From Latescibacteria bacterium UBA6620 (GTDB taxonomy: Bacteria > Latescibacterota > UBA2968), in NCBI GenBank assembly GCA_002433075.1, contig DJHM01000042.1:2804-66803 (forward strand): a stretch of DNA of 64,000 nt, written 5' to 3'. Numbering within the stretch: the first letter of the stretch is position 1; each line of letters begins with the position of its first letter. Under the pieces are notes generated by a model. That model did not search any database. It was given only the letters and a program-made list of their open reading frames with translations, and was not told where the DNA came from. Positions 30,725 to 40,843 of this stretch are shown in pieces. Both the position numbers and the translations under genes were made by a program.

Positions 30725-32200
30725 GTGGGAAGAAGAGTGGGAGAATCGAACGAGCTTAACGCCAGATCGGCACACGAGTTGCTTCCCCTGATCCTGAAGG
30801 GCGAAATTACGGCACTCGTGGTATGCGAAGCCGTCCTTTCCGCGATCGACGCGCAAGACGCCGAAGTCAACGCCTACATCACGGTCGACAAGGAAGGCGC
30901 CCTCGCACAGGCCGATTCCGTCGACAAACGCCTCGCTAACGGCGAGGACGTCGGCCCCCTCGCTGGAATCCCCGTTGCACTCAAAGACCTCATCTGCACC
31001 CAGGGTCTACTGACCACCTGCGGCTCCAACATCCTGCCTGATTTCGTTCCACCTTACGACGCCACGGTCACTCAACGACTGCGACATGCTGGAGCCGTGA
31101 TTCCCGGCAAGCTCAACATGGACGAGTTCGCAATGGGATCCTCCAACGAGAATTCCGCCCGCGGACCGGTCCGGAATCCACACGCCACCGACCGGGTTGC
31201 CGGAGGATCCAGTGGAGGATCGGCAGCAGCCGTGGCCGCGAACGAAACGGTCCTCGCTCTCGGCTCGGACACAGGAGGATCGATTCGACAGCCCGCCTCT
31301 TTCTGCGGCGTCGTAGGCCTAAAACCCACTTACGGCCGCGTGTCTCGTTACGGCCTCGTCGCCTACGCCTCCTCGCTCGACCAGATCGGCCCTCTCGGCC
31401 GGAACGTCACCGACACCGCCCTCCTCTACGATGTCATTGCCGGACACGATAAAAGCGATGCGACGTCGGCCGACCTCGCATTCGAGCCCACGCTCCCTTC
31501 GATCAACAAGGGCGTAGAAGATTTCGTCGTCGGCGTGCCCACAGAGTATTTCGCTGAAGGGCTGGACGCCGAGGTCCGTGCGCGTGTCGAGCAGGGAATC
31601 GCCGCACTCGAGGCGGCCGGGGCAACGACCCGTGAAGTGTCCCTCCCCGTCGCCGGACATCCCGACTATGTCATCGCCAGCTACTACGTCGTTGCGACAG
31701 GCGAGGCCTCGTCGAACCTCTCCCGGTTCGACGGAGTCAAATACGGTCTGCGGGTCGAGGGTGAAGACCTTGGCGATACCTACTGTTGCACGCGCAGCGC
31801 GGGCTTCGGGGACGAAGTCAAGCGCAGGATCATGCTGGGCACCTATGCGCTCAGCGCCGGTTACTACGACGCCTACTACCTCAAGGCACAGCGCGTCAGA
31901 ACGCTGATCAAGCAGGACTTCGAGCGCGTGTTCGAAGACTGTGACGTGCTCGCTGCCCCGGTTGCACCCACACCCGCCTTCCGGATCGGCGAAAAAGTGG
32001 ACGACCCGCTGCAGATGTACCTGTCGGACATCTATACGGTAGCCGTGAACCTGGCTGGCATCCCCGGAATCTCCGTGCCGTGCGGCGCGTCGTCAGAAGG
32101 TCTGCCCATCGGTCTCCAGTTACTTGCACCTCCGTTCGAGGAATCGCGGCTCTTTCGTGCCGCCCGAGTCGTTGAATCCGAAGGAGGCTCCACCACGTGA
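30725..32200 (+). CDS. gatA: Asp/Glu-tRNA amidotransferase subunit A
   Basis: [41 protein letters not shown]; alternative GTG start at 30737. Confidence 0.97.
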   Translation: MGRRVGESNELNARSAHELLPLILKGEITALVVCEAVLSAIDAQDAEVNAYITVDKEGALAQADSVDKRLANGEDVGPLAGIPVALKDLICTQGLLTTCGSNILPDFVPPYDATVTQRLRHAGAVIPGKLNMDEFAMGSSNENSARGPVRNPHATDRVAGGSSGGSAAAVAANETVLALGSDTGGSIRQPASFCGVVGLKPTYGRVSRYGLVAYASSLDQIGPLGRNVTDTALLYDVIAGHDKSDATSADLAFEPTLPSINKGVEDFVVGVPTEYFAEGLDAEVRARVEQGIAALEAAGATTREVSLPVAGHPDYVIASYYVVATGEASSNLSRFDGVKYGLRVEGEDLGDTYCCTRSAGFGDEVKRRIMLGTYALSAGYYDAYYLKAQRVRTLIKQDFERVFEDCDVLAAPVAPTPAFRIGEKVDDPLQMYLSDIYTVAVNLAGIPGISVPCGASSEGLPIGLQLLAPPFEESRLFRAARVVESEGGSTT

Positions 32201-33651
32201 GCGACTTCGAAACGGTCATCGGCCTGGAAGTTCACGCCCAGCTTGCCACTCGAACCAAGATCTTCAGTGGGGCACTCGTGTCGTTTGGCGACGAACCCAA
32301 CACCAACGTCACCCCCCTCTGTCTGGGCCTCCCGGGTACTCTGCCCGTCCTCAACCGGCAGGTCGTCGAACTCTCGATGCGAATGGGATTGGCCGTTGGA
32401 TGTACGATCCAGACACGCAGTCGATTCCTTCGGAAGAATTACTTTTATCCCGATCTGCCCAAGGGGTATCAGATCTCCCAGTATCAGAGTAACAATGAGA
32501 TGCCGCTGGCAACGGGAGGCGGCATTGAAGTCGTCACAGCCGACGGGGGCACGCGCTTCATCCGGCTCGTACGAATCCATATGGAGGAGGACGCCGGCAA
32601 GAGCATCCACGACGAACCGTTCGTTCCCCCTGGCGAATCCATGGTCGACTACAACCGGACCGGCGTTCCCTTGATCGAGATCGTCTCCGAGCCGGACATA
32701 CGAACCCCGGAAGAGGCTTCCCAGTTCGTCAACCGCCTTCGCGAAATCCTCGTCTACACAGGCGTCAGCGAGGGTGACATGGAGAAAGGCCACGTGCGCA
32801 TCGACGCGAACGTGTCCATCCGCCCTGTCGGGAGCGAGGAACTCGGCGTCAAGGTCGAAGTGAAGAACATGAACTCCGTTCGTAACTGCCAGCGCGCCCT
32901 TGAAGTCGAGATCGACAGACAGATCGATGTCGTCAATTCAGGCAGAGAGATCATCCAGCAGACCATGTTGTTCGACCCCGTTCGCGAGGATGTCCGCCCG
33001 ATGCGAACCAAGGAAGCGTCCGATGACTATCGGTACTTCCCCGACCCCGACCTCGTCCCCATCGTCGTCGATCAGCCGTGGATCGATCGCGTCCAGTCGC
33101 AGATCCCGGAGCTTCCAGCCGCCAAACGGGAACGGTTCGAGTCGGATCTGAACCTGTCGCAAGATCAGGCTGATGTTCTGACCGCAGACCGTCAGACCGC
33201 CGACTACTTCGAGGCCGTCATCGCGGTTGGAGTTGAGCCTGCCACTGCCGCGAATTGGGTCCAGGGCGACGTTCTCCGAACCCTCAACGAAGCGAAAATC
33301 GAAATCGACCAGCTTCGTGCGACCCCGGCGCAGCTCGCCGCCCTGATTCATTTGATCGATAACGGCACAATCAGCGCAAACGTCGCCCGCAAAGTCTTCG
33401 CCGAAATGGCCAGCACGGGCGACGATCCGTCCGACATCGTCGAGCGACAGGGTCTCGTACAAATTAGTGATGAGAGTGCACTCGAAACGACCGTCGACGA
33501 ACTGATCGCCGCACACCCGGACGAATTCGCCCGTCTCAAGGAAGGCGACAAGAAGCTACAGGGCTTCTTCATGGGGCAGATCATGAAAGCCACGAAAGGG
33601 CAGGCCAACCCGAAGATCGCCAGCCAGCTTCTGGCTCAGAAGGCGCAGTGA
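32197..33651 (+). CDS. gatB: Asp/Glu-tRNA amidotransferase subunit B
   Basis: [44 protein letters not shown]. Confidence 0.98.
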   Translation: MSDFETVIGLEVHAQLATRTKIFSGALVSFGDEPNTNVTPLCLGLPGTLPVLNRQVVELSMRMGLAVGCTIQTRSRFLRKNYFYPDLPKGYQISQYQSNNEMPLATGGGIEVVTADGGTRFIRLVRIHMEEDAGKSIHDEPFVPPGESMVDYNRTGVPLIEIVSEPDIRTPEEASQFVNRLREILVYTGVSEGDMEKGHVRIDANVSIRPVGSEELGVKVEVKNMNSVRNCQRALEVEIDRQIDVVNSGREIIQQTMLFDPVREDVRPMRTKEASDDYRYFPDPDLVPIVVDQPWIDRVQSQIPELPAAKRERFESDLNLSQDQADVLTADRQTADYFEAVIAVGVEPATAANWVQGDVLRTLNEAKIEIDQLRATPAQLAALIHLIDNGTISANVARKVFAEMASTGDDPSDIVERQGLVQISDESALETTVDELIAAHPDEFARLKEGDKKLQGFFMGQIMKATKGQANPKIASQLLAQKAQ

Positions 33652-35870
33652 CATCTTCACCAGCCGACGAGGGCTTCGGGAGCGCGAGACTCGACCCTCC
33701 GGACGACGTGATCGCCGGGAGCCGCAGAACCTGGCGATTGACCTATACGGCTGGCAACCACGCGATCCGCCCCGGCGGCAGGATCCGCATCTATTGCGAC
33801 AGCGACACCGACCGTGCCCTGCCCCAGTTCGGGGATCCATCCGGTCCCGACTACACGACCGTCACCACACCCGACGGAGTGTTCGCCGACGCGCTGGCTC
33901 CGAACTACAAGGTCCTGATCCTCACCCTGCACGGCCGAGATCTGCGGCCCGGCGAACAGCTCGTCGTTACCTATGGCGACACCTCGAGCGGCAGTCCCGG
34001 ATTCCGATCCCAGACGTTCCTCGAAAATCGCCACACGTTCGACATCTCTGTTGCCCGATCAACTGAAGACCCGCTCCATCCCCTTCCCGAATCGCCCGCC
34101 CAACGCATCGTGGGCGGGGACATTGATCGACTCGTGGTCGTCGCTCCATCGACAGCCGTCGTTGGTCGCCCCTTCCGTCTCCTCGTTCGGGCGGAGGACC
34201 CGTGGGGGAATCCAGCATCGTTGTTCAGGTCGCGGGTCACCCTGACCAGCGATGCCGTCAAGCTGCCTCAGTCCGAAATCGAATTCACGGAAGCCGAGGG
34301 TGGGGTTCGGTGGCTTGACGAATGTCGCCCGAGTAAAACCGGGCGGGCCACCATCGAAGCCGAAACGGATGGCGGTTGCGTCGGGCGGAGCAACCCCTTG
34401 AGAATCGAGGACGAATCTCCGGACCACGAACTGTTCTGGGGCGACTATCACGGCGGCCAGGTCGAGAACGCCGAAAAGATCGACGACTTCTTCCGCTACG
34501 CACGGGATGTTGCAGGCATTCAGTTCGCAAGCTATCAGCGGAACGATACGGTCCACTCGGACGCGGAGTATGCCGTCCAGCAGGAGGTCGAACGCGCCTA
34601 TCACGATCCCGGCCATTTCGTCGCCATCCCCGGATACGAGTGGTCCCCCGCAACACGCGTCGGAGGTCACCACAACGTCTACTTCAGGCGATTCGACCAG
34701 CCCATCCGCAGATGGACGAGCGCCCGTCTGCCTGGCCACGACACGCGCTACGACCTCCCCCACGTACGTGACCTCTACCGTGCCTTTCGCAACACGGACA
34801 CCGTCATCACACCCCACGTGGGCGGAAATCATTCCAACCTGCATTGGCACGATCCCACGGTCGAACCCGCGGTTGAAATCACCTCGGACCACGGCAGCTT
34901 CGAATGGATGCTGAAGGAAATTCTCGCCTACGACTATCGTATGGGCTTCTTCGGTGGAAGCGACAGCCACACGGGCCGCCCCGGCCGTGACAGTCCCGGT
35001 CACCAGCACCGGCGATACGCAAACTCCGGACTGGCCGGCGTCTATGCCGAGGACGTCACGATCGACGCGCTGCTCGACGCCCTCAAGGCTCGGCGCATCT
35101 ACGCCACGACCGGTCCCCGCATCCAGGTAAAGACCGAGGCCGACGGCCATCCGATGGGAGCCGAATATGCGACCTCTTCATCTCCTGAGATCAAGGCCTC
35201 TGTCACCGGTACGGCTCCGCTCGAGTCCGTAGAACTCTACCGGGGTCACGAACCCGTCTACGCCTACCCCATCGACACGCCGACGACACCCACTCGTGTC
35301 CGAATCCTGTGGGAGGGCGCCAGCCGTGAGACGAGCTACTCAGGCGTCGTGTGGGAAGGCTCGCTCAGCATCCTGGACGGGGAGCTGTCGAACGTCCACA
35401 AATTGCGTTTCGACAGCCCTCGCTCGTATCTGTCAGATACGCCCCCGGGGGGGATCTCGTGGTACTCAGTCACGTGTGGTTATCGAAGTGGATTTACCTT
35501 CGATGTCGACTCACAGGAAGCCCGTCTCGACCTCGCGTTTACGACGAGTGTGATGACCGGCCCGAAGTACGAGAACCGTGGAGAGAGTGGTGCGCTGCGC
35601 ATCGCACACGCACCTGCTGACCGAGTCGCTTCGACAATCCAGGTCGCCGAGCTTTCCGACGGACCTCGAGTCATCGATCTGGGTCATCTGAACCGCCGCA
35701 TCACCATCGCCCTTGCCCCCGAACCCACCACCGAGCACGTCGAACTTTCCTTCGAAGATCCTGCACCTCAACCCGGGGTCAATCCCTACTGGCTTCGGAT
35801 TGTCCAGGTCGATCAGGAAATGGCCTGGTCCAGCCCGATCTACGTCGACTTCGCGGCGCCTTCAGGTTAG
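33648..35870 (+). CDS. DUF3604-family PHP-like metallohydrolase
   Basis: FWGDYHG, PGYEWS, GGHHNV, GGSDSHTGRPG, RRIYATTGPRI, AWSSPIYV. Confidence 0.75.
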   Translation: MTSSPADEGFGSARLDPPDDVIAGSRRTWRLTYTAGNHAIRPGGRIRIYCDSDTDRALPQFGDPSGPDYTTVTTPDGVFADALAPNYKVLILTLHGRDLRPGEQLVVTYGDTSSGSPGFRSQTFLENRHTFDISVARSTEDPLHPLPESPAQRIVGGDIDRLVVVAPSTAVVGRPFRLLVRAEDPWGNPASLFRSRVTLTSDAVKLPQSEIEFTEAEGGVRWLDECRPSKTGRATIEAETDGGCVGRSNPLRIEDESPDHELFWGDYHGGQVENAEKIDDFFRYARDVAGIQFASYQRNDTVHSDAEYAVQQEVERAYHDPGHFVAIPGYEWSPATRVGGHHNVYFRRFDQPIRRWTSARLPGHDTRYDLPHVRDLYRAFRNTDTVITPHVGGNHSNLHWHDPTVEPAVEITSDHGSFEWMLKEILAYDYRMGFFGGSDSHTGRPGRDSPGHQHRRYANSGLAGVYAEDVTIDALLDALKARRIYATTGPRIQVKTEADGHPMGAEYATSSSPEIKASVTGTAPLESVELYRGHEPVYAYPIDTPTTPTRVRILWEGASRETSYSGVVWEGSLSILDGELSNVHKLRFDSPRSYLSDTPPGGISWYSVTCGYRSGFTFDVDSQEARLDLAFTTSVMTGPKYENRGESGALRIAHAPADRVASTIQVAELSDGPRVIDLGHLNRRITIALAPEPTTEHVELSFEDPAPQPGVNPYWLRIVQVDQEMAWSSPIYVDFAAPSG

Positions 35871-35872
35871 CG

Positions 35873-36616
35873 ATGTCCACGGACCAACCCTGGTACGATC
35901 GTTTTTTCCAGCAGGAATACCTCACCTTCGACGACCATCCGACGACCGATCGTGAGATCGAATTCGTCGTGCGCACCCTCGACCTGAAACCCGAAACAAC
36001 CCTCCTGGACTTCGCGTGCGGCTACGGACGACACGCCCTTCCCTTGGCCAATCACTGCAGAGTCATCGGGCTCGACCGGTCCCCCAAGATGCTCTCTGCG
36101 GCTGTAGCGCGTAAGGCCCAAACCGGCTACGCCTCTTCGCCCCATATCGTCCGCGGCGACGTGCGCCAGCCTCCCTTCATCGAGGGTGCCTTCGACGCCG
36201 TCATCAGCCTCTTCTCGTCCATCGGCTACTTCGAAGAAGACGATGTGAACTTCCGAGTTCTGGCCAACATTGCTGATGCGCTCCGTCCGGATGGAGATTT
36301 CCTGCTCGAAACCGTCAATCGTGAGTTCATCGTGCGTCACTCCGCGCCCCAGCAGGTCTACCATCCTGAGGGAATGACCGTTATCGAAGAGCGAACGTTC
36401 GATCCCGTCTCTGGACGGTCCCACGTGGACGTCACTGTCATCCAGGACGGCAAAGAGACCCACCTCTGGCACACGATCCGTGTCTACGCATTCACCGAGA
36501 TCGAGATGCTGCTACAAGCCGTCGGCCTCCGACCCCTCGACGTATGGGGCGACTTCGAGGGAGGTCCCTACACGTGCGATAGCGAGCACATGATCCTTCA
36601 GGCGCGAAAGGCATGA
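35873..36616 (+). CDS. Class I SAM-dependent methyltransferase
   Basis: LLDFACGYGRH motif I, FDAVISLFSSIGYF. Confidence 0.88.
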   Translation: MSTDQPWYDRFFQQEYLTFDDHPTTDREIEFVVRTLDLKPETTLLDFACGYGRHALPLANHCRVIGLDRSPKMLSAAVARKAQTGYASSPHIVRGDVRQPPFIEGAFDAVISLFSSIGYFEEDDVNFRVLANIADALRPDGDFLLETVNREFIVRHSAPQQVYHPEGMTVIEERTFDPVSGRSHVDVTVIQDGKETHLWHTIRVYAFTEIEMLLQAVGLRPLDVWGDFEGGPYTCDSEHMILQARKA

Positions 36617-37281
36617 GCGATCATCTCATCGTTTTCGCCAAGGACCCTAAACCCGGCAAGGTGAAGACGCGCCTCTTCTCCCGGTTCAGCCCCGAAGATG
36701 CGGCCGGCCTCTATCGGGCTTTTATTCTCGACACGTTAAAGAAAGCGCTCTCCGTTTCCGCGGATTGCCACCTGCTCTGCTACGCACCAGCCGACGCCGA
36801 AGTGTCGATGCGGGGGATCGCAGGCCAAGGATGGATCCTCACCCCCCAGAGTGAGGCGGACCTCGGTGTCAGGATGGCCACCTCGCTTCGCCACAGCCTG
36901 AACTCCGGCGCGGAGCGCGTGATTCTCATCGGAACGGACATACCCTCCCTCCCCTCCAACCACCTTACTCAGGCCTTTGATGCACTCAAAGACAACGACG
37001 TCGTCCTCGGCCCAAGTACAGACGGAGGCTACTACCTCATCGGTGTCAAAGCGGACCATCTGGGGCTATTCGAGGGCATCGAATGGAGTACCCCGACGGT
37101 TTTCGCCTCCACAACACGCCGAATCCAGTGGGCGGGCCTTCGTCTTGCCCTTGTCCCGCCCTGGTATGACGTGGACACGCCAGAGGAGGTCGCTTTCCTG
37201 GCCGCACACGCAAAAGCGGCGGGCGATGCGGAATGGGTACCCGAAGAGACACTCGCTTTTCTGTCCCGGCTGAAGGGATAG
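36613..37281 (+). CDS. TIGR04282/DUF2064-family glycosyltransferase-like protein
   Basis: FAKDPKPGKVKTRL, DLGVRM, IGTDIP, GPSTDGGYYLIG, WYDVDT. Confidence 0.88.
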   Translation: MSDHLIVFAKDPKPGKVKTRLFSRFSPEDAAGLYRAFILDTLKKALSVSADCHLLCYAPADAEVSMRGIAGQGWILTPQSEADLGVRMATSLRHSLNSGAERVILIGTDIPSLPSNHLTQAFDALKDNDVVLGPSTDGGYYLIGVKADHLGLFEGIEWSTPTVFASTTRRIQWAGLRLALVPPWYDVDTPEEVAFLAAHAKAAGDAEWVPEETLAFLSRLKG

Positions 37282-37315
37282 AACCTCGTTGCCTTCTGTG
37301 ACGCACTCGTAATTT

Positions 37316-37730
37316 CAGGGCCAAAGGCCCGCCATTCTACAACCCAGCCCACCTGTCCCACCGAAGCCTTGGCGAAGGCGGACCGGGCTGGGTACCGTAA
37401 CCCAAATTCCCAAAAGCGAGGTCGCAGTCCTACAGACCGCACGGCGTTGTTGCGCACAATGACCCCGGGAGCGATGCCCTGGGCTGCAGAATGACGCGCC
37501 TTCAGCGCTGGCTACCGATAAAGCAGTCATCCCAGACGCAGGGCCAAAGACCCGCCCACCCTGCAATCTGCGAACAAGAACATTGTCACCCCGGTACGCC
37601 GTTTGGCCGGGGCCCATTTTGACTTTCGCGAAGATCAAAATGGGCCCCGGCCAGAAAACCGCCGGGATGACAATACTCGCGACGATCCTACCACGCGAGA
37701 CGCCACACCGGCGCGCCCTGTCGCGCCGAT
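37316..37730. repeat. Mosaic cluster of REP-like palindromes
   Basis: CAGGGCCAAAG(G/A)CCCGCC twice (37316, 37539); ACCCAGCCC/GGGCTGGGT enclosing CCGAAGCCTTGGCGAAGGCGGA; palindrome with 19-bp arms at 37604-37653. Confidence 0.7.
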
Positions 37731-37846
37731 CAACGCTCCCCGGTACGATCACGGCCCGCTTCCCCGACTTCCCTCATCGGTTTCCATTCGATATCTTGAA
37801 CGCGCCTGCAAACGACACCACTCCGGTCCGACGAACGAACTAACCG

Positions 37847-38818
37847 ATGGGGATCCCCGTGAACCGCAATCGCCTGCTCCTGCTATCCCTCATCATTGCC
37901 CTCAGTACAACCGCCGACGCCCAACCTTATCGATTCTCATTCGTCACGCACGGAGGGCCAGGCAATCCGTTCTGGAACGTCGTCATCAAGGGCATAGAAG
38001 ATGCCGGCGAGCGATACGGAATCGAGGTGCAATGGCTCAGCAATCCTTCCTTCTCGATCGAGGATATGCCCGAATTCCTGGACGACGCCCTCGCTCGCCA
38101 GGTGGATGGCATCGGCATCACGTGCCCCGACCCCGAGGCCATCCGCGAAAGCGTGGAGCGAGCCCAGGAAGCCGGTGTTCCCGTCATCGTACTCAACACG
38201 GCCGACCCGAACGCAGCGGGCCCGGATGCCTTGCCCACGATGTTCTACATCGGCGCCAGCGAGTTCCTTGGGGGGCAAAGCAATGCCAGGGCAATCCTCG
38301 CCGAGGCCGCACGCCGAAACGTCGAGCTCCAGCGCGCCGTATGTCCCATCCAGGAAATCGGGCACAGCGGGCTGGAAGCGAGGCTCGCTGGCTTCAAGAG
38401 CATCCTCGAACCCGCCGGTGTTACGGTTGACGGACTGACGATTTCCAATGACATCGAGCAATCGTCGGGTCTGCTGAGCGACTACTTCCTCAGCCATCCG
38501 CAGTCGACCGCAATCGCCACCCTCGGCCCGCTTCCCGCCGACGCATTCTACCTCTTTGTCGACGACAGCGGCCGGGACGACATCCTGCACGCGACCCACG
38601 ACACAAGCCCGGCCATCTTCGAGCGCATACGCCGCGGTACCACGATTCAGGCCATCGATCAGCAACCCTACCTGCAGGGGTACCTGGCCGTCGTTTTCCT
38701 CTACCTCAACCTCGAGTACGGGTTGAGCCTCGCGCAGGATGTTTTGACCGGGCCCTTCGCGATCGACCGGCACAACGTGGATCGCGTATCCAAACTCGTC
38801 GATCAGGGTGTCCGTTGA
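37847..38818 (+). CDS. Sugar ABC transporter substrate-binding protein (RbsB-like)
   Basis: Signal peptide, VTHGGPGNPFW, AIDQQPYLQGY. Confidence 0.9.
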   Translation: MGIPVNRNRLLLLSLIIALSTTADAQPYRFSFVTHGGPGNPFWNVVIKGIEDAGERYGIEVQWLSNPSFSIEDMPEFLDDALARQVDGIGITCPDPEAIRESVERAQEAGVPVIVLNTADPNAAGPDALPTMFYIGASEFLGGQSNARAILAEAARRNVELQRAVCPIQEIGHSGLEARLAGFKSILEPAGVTVDGLTISNDIEQSSGLLSDYFLSHPQSTAIATLGPLPADAFYLFVDDSGRDDILHATHDTSPAIFERIRRGTTIQAIDQQPYLQGYLAVVFLYLNLEYGLSLAQDVLTGPFAIDRHNVDRVSKLVDQGVR

Positions 38819-40017
38819 TCCTGGGGACGCGCACCCGGCATATCCTCGCCCGCGAGCCGGCGGCCGGAGCAGGGGTCGGCTTCCTGTTCGTCTTCGCTTT
38901 CTTCACCCTCGCCGCCCCAGACACCTTCCTGACGCACGCATCTCTTTCTTCCATTCTGAGCAGTCAGGCCGTTCCAGGCATCGCAGCAATCAGCATCACC
39001 TTGCTCATGATCTCGGGGGAGTTCGACCTCTCCGTGGGTTCAATTCTGGCCGTTTCCTCCCTCGTTTTTCTCAGCTCCACTGTCGGCGGCACACCGATTC
39101 TACTCGCTGCGCTGCTCGGTATTGTCACCGGATGCGGACTGGGCCTGATCAATGGGCTCTTACTCGTCTGGACCCGCATCCCCTCGTTCATCGTCACCCT
39201 CGGCACGATGCTGGTCTTTCGTGCGATCCCATTGACCGCCGTGTCTGGTGGCCGCATCGTCCGCTACGCCGACTTCTCACGCGAGGACCCTACGATTGCC
39301 GTGCCTGGTCTCGTCGTGCTTCTGGGCGTGTCTGCCCTGACAGTCATTGTCCTCTGGATCGCCTTGCCCGTCCTTCGCCACCGGGAAGGCGCGACCCGTG
39401 TTTCTGCGGGACTCGCAGCGCTCGCGAGCCTCGTCGTCGTTTACATCCTGCTGCGCTCGCTCGACACGCACGGCCTCTCCCCCTTTGCGCGTGTCGAATT
39501 CAACGTGTTTCACATCCTCAATGGACGAGCCGACCTCGGGCTGCCCGGTACGAACTATCGAACTTCTATTGTCTGGTGGCTGGGGCTGACAGGGGTCTTC
39601 GCCTTCATCCTGCTTCACACTCGCTACGGCAACGCCGTCTTCGCCACCGGAGGGAATTCGGAAGCCGCCCGAGTACAGGGCATCGACGTCGACCGCGTGC
39701 GAATTAAGAGCTTTGTGTTATCCGGCGGGCTGGCGGCCCTCGCGGGCATCATCCAGGTGGCACGACTGAAGAGCGTCGATCCGCTCCGGGGACAGGGGTT
39801 GGAGCTCGAAATTATCGCCTCCGTTGTCATCGGCGGCACACTTCTATCCGGAGGCTTCGGGAGTGTGGCAGGATCGGCGATTGGCACAGCACTCACCGGG
39901 ATGCTCAGAACGGGGCTCGTCCTGATCAGCGTTCCCTCGAACATTTTCCGCGGGGCGATCGGCGCCATCATGATCGGCGCGGTGGTCATCAACACCTACG
40001 TCAGGAAAGATCGATGA
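38815..40017 (+). CDS. Sugar ABC transporter permease
   Basis: GEFDLSVGS, IPSFIVTLG, ATGGNSEAA, ELEIIASVVIGG. Confidence 0.92.
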   Translation: MILGTRTRHILAREPAAGAGVGFLFVFAFFTLAAPDTFLTHASLSSILSSQAVPGIAAISITLLMISGEFDLSVGSILAVSSLVFLSSTVGGTPILLAALLGIVTGCGLGLINGLLLVWTRIPSFIVTLGTMLVFRAIPLTAVSGGRIVRYADFSREDPTIAVPGLVVLLGVSALTVIVLWIALPVLRHREGATRVSAGLAALASLVVVYILLRSLDTHGLSPFARVEFNVFHILNGRADLGLPGTNYRTSIVWWLGLTGVFAFILLHTRYGNAVFATGGNSEAARVQGIDVDRVRIKSFVLSGGLAALAGIIQVARLKSVDPLRGQGLELEIIASVVIGGTLLSGGFGSVAGSAIGTALTGMLRTGLVLISVPSNIFRGAIGAIMIGAVVINTYVRKDR

Positions 40018-40838
40018 CGCCGCTGATCGAACTGGAGGGCATCGGCCAGAGGTTCGGGCATATCACTGCCCTCTCCGACATCGATCTGCAGCTGCACGCC
40101 GGCGAGGTCGTCGCACTGTTGGGAGACAACGGGGCGGGTAAATCCACGCTCGTCAAGATCCTCTCTGGCGCCCACCGGCCCACGTCGGGCCGAATCCTGT
40201 TCGAGGGCCGCCCAGTCAGGCTCGATACCCCACAAGATGCGCGCGCACTCGGTATCGAAACCCTGTATCAGGATCTCGCGCTCATCCCCAGAATGAGCAT
40301 TGCCCGAAACTTTCACCTCGGGCGAGAACTGACCCGGCTCGTGGGTCCCGTCCGCGTGCTCGACCACGCGAGGATGAGCGCGCAGGCCTCGCAGGCGCTC
40401 GCGGACATCGGCATCCACGTTCGGAACACGGACGAGCCGGTCGTCTCTTTGTCGGGGGGCGAACGGCAATCGATCGCCATCGGCCGAGCCGTCCACTTCG
40501 GCAGCAAGGTCCTGATTCTGGATGAACCCACGTCCGCTCTTTCTATCGGCGAGACACGAAAGGTGCTCGGCTACATTCGCTCCGCGAGAGAGAATCGGAT
40601 GTGCGTCATCTTCATCACCCACAATCTGCATCACGTCTTCCAGGTGGCCGACCGGCTCGTGGTCCTGTCCCAGGGAAGGAAGGTGGCCGAACACCACAAG
40701 GATGAGGTGACCGAAGAACAGGTTGCCGATCTGATCATGAGCGAGCATCAAGAACTTGACGGTGAAGGACGACACCGTCACACTGAGCAGAGTCGAAGTG
40801 CCGGTTCCCCGAACAAGGGGCGCCAGCCTACTGGCTGA
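40014..40838 (+). CDS. Sugar ABC transporter ATP-binding protein
   Basis: GDNGAGKS, LSGGERQ, LILDEPT, ITHN. Confidence 0.94.
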   Translation: MTPLIELEGIGQRFGHITALSDIDLQLHAGEVVALLGDNGAGKSTLVKILSGAHRPTSGRILFEGRPVRLDTPQDARALGIETLYQDLALIPRMSIARNFHLGRELTRLVGPVRVLDHARMSAQASQALADIGIHVRNTDEPVVSLSGGERQSIAIGRAVHFGSKVLILDEPTSALSIGETRKVLGYIRSARENRMCVIFITHNLHHVFQVADRLVVLSQGRKVAEHHKDEVTEEQVADLIMSEHQELDGEGRHRHTEQSRSAGSPNKGRQPTG

Positions 40839-40843
40839 TTTCA

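Noticed and set aside
37315..37843. ORFs spanning the REP cluster (37315-37752, 37583-37843, 37603-38430)
   Set aside because: They translate palindromic repeats (mirror text 'WPGPIL.FAK.KMGPGQ' on both strands) and are not protein-like
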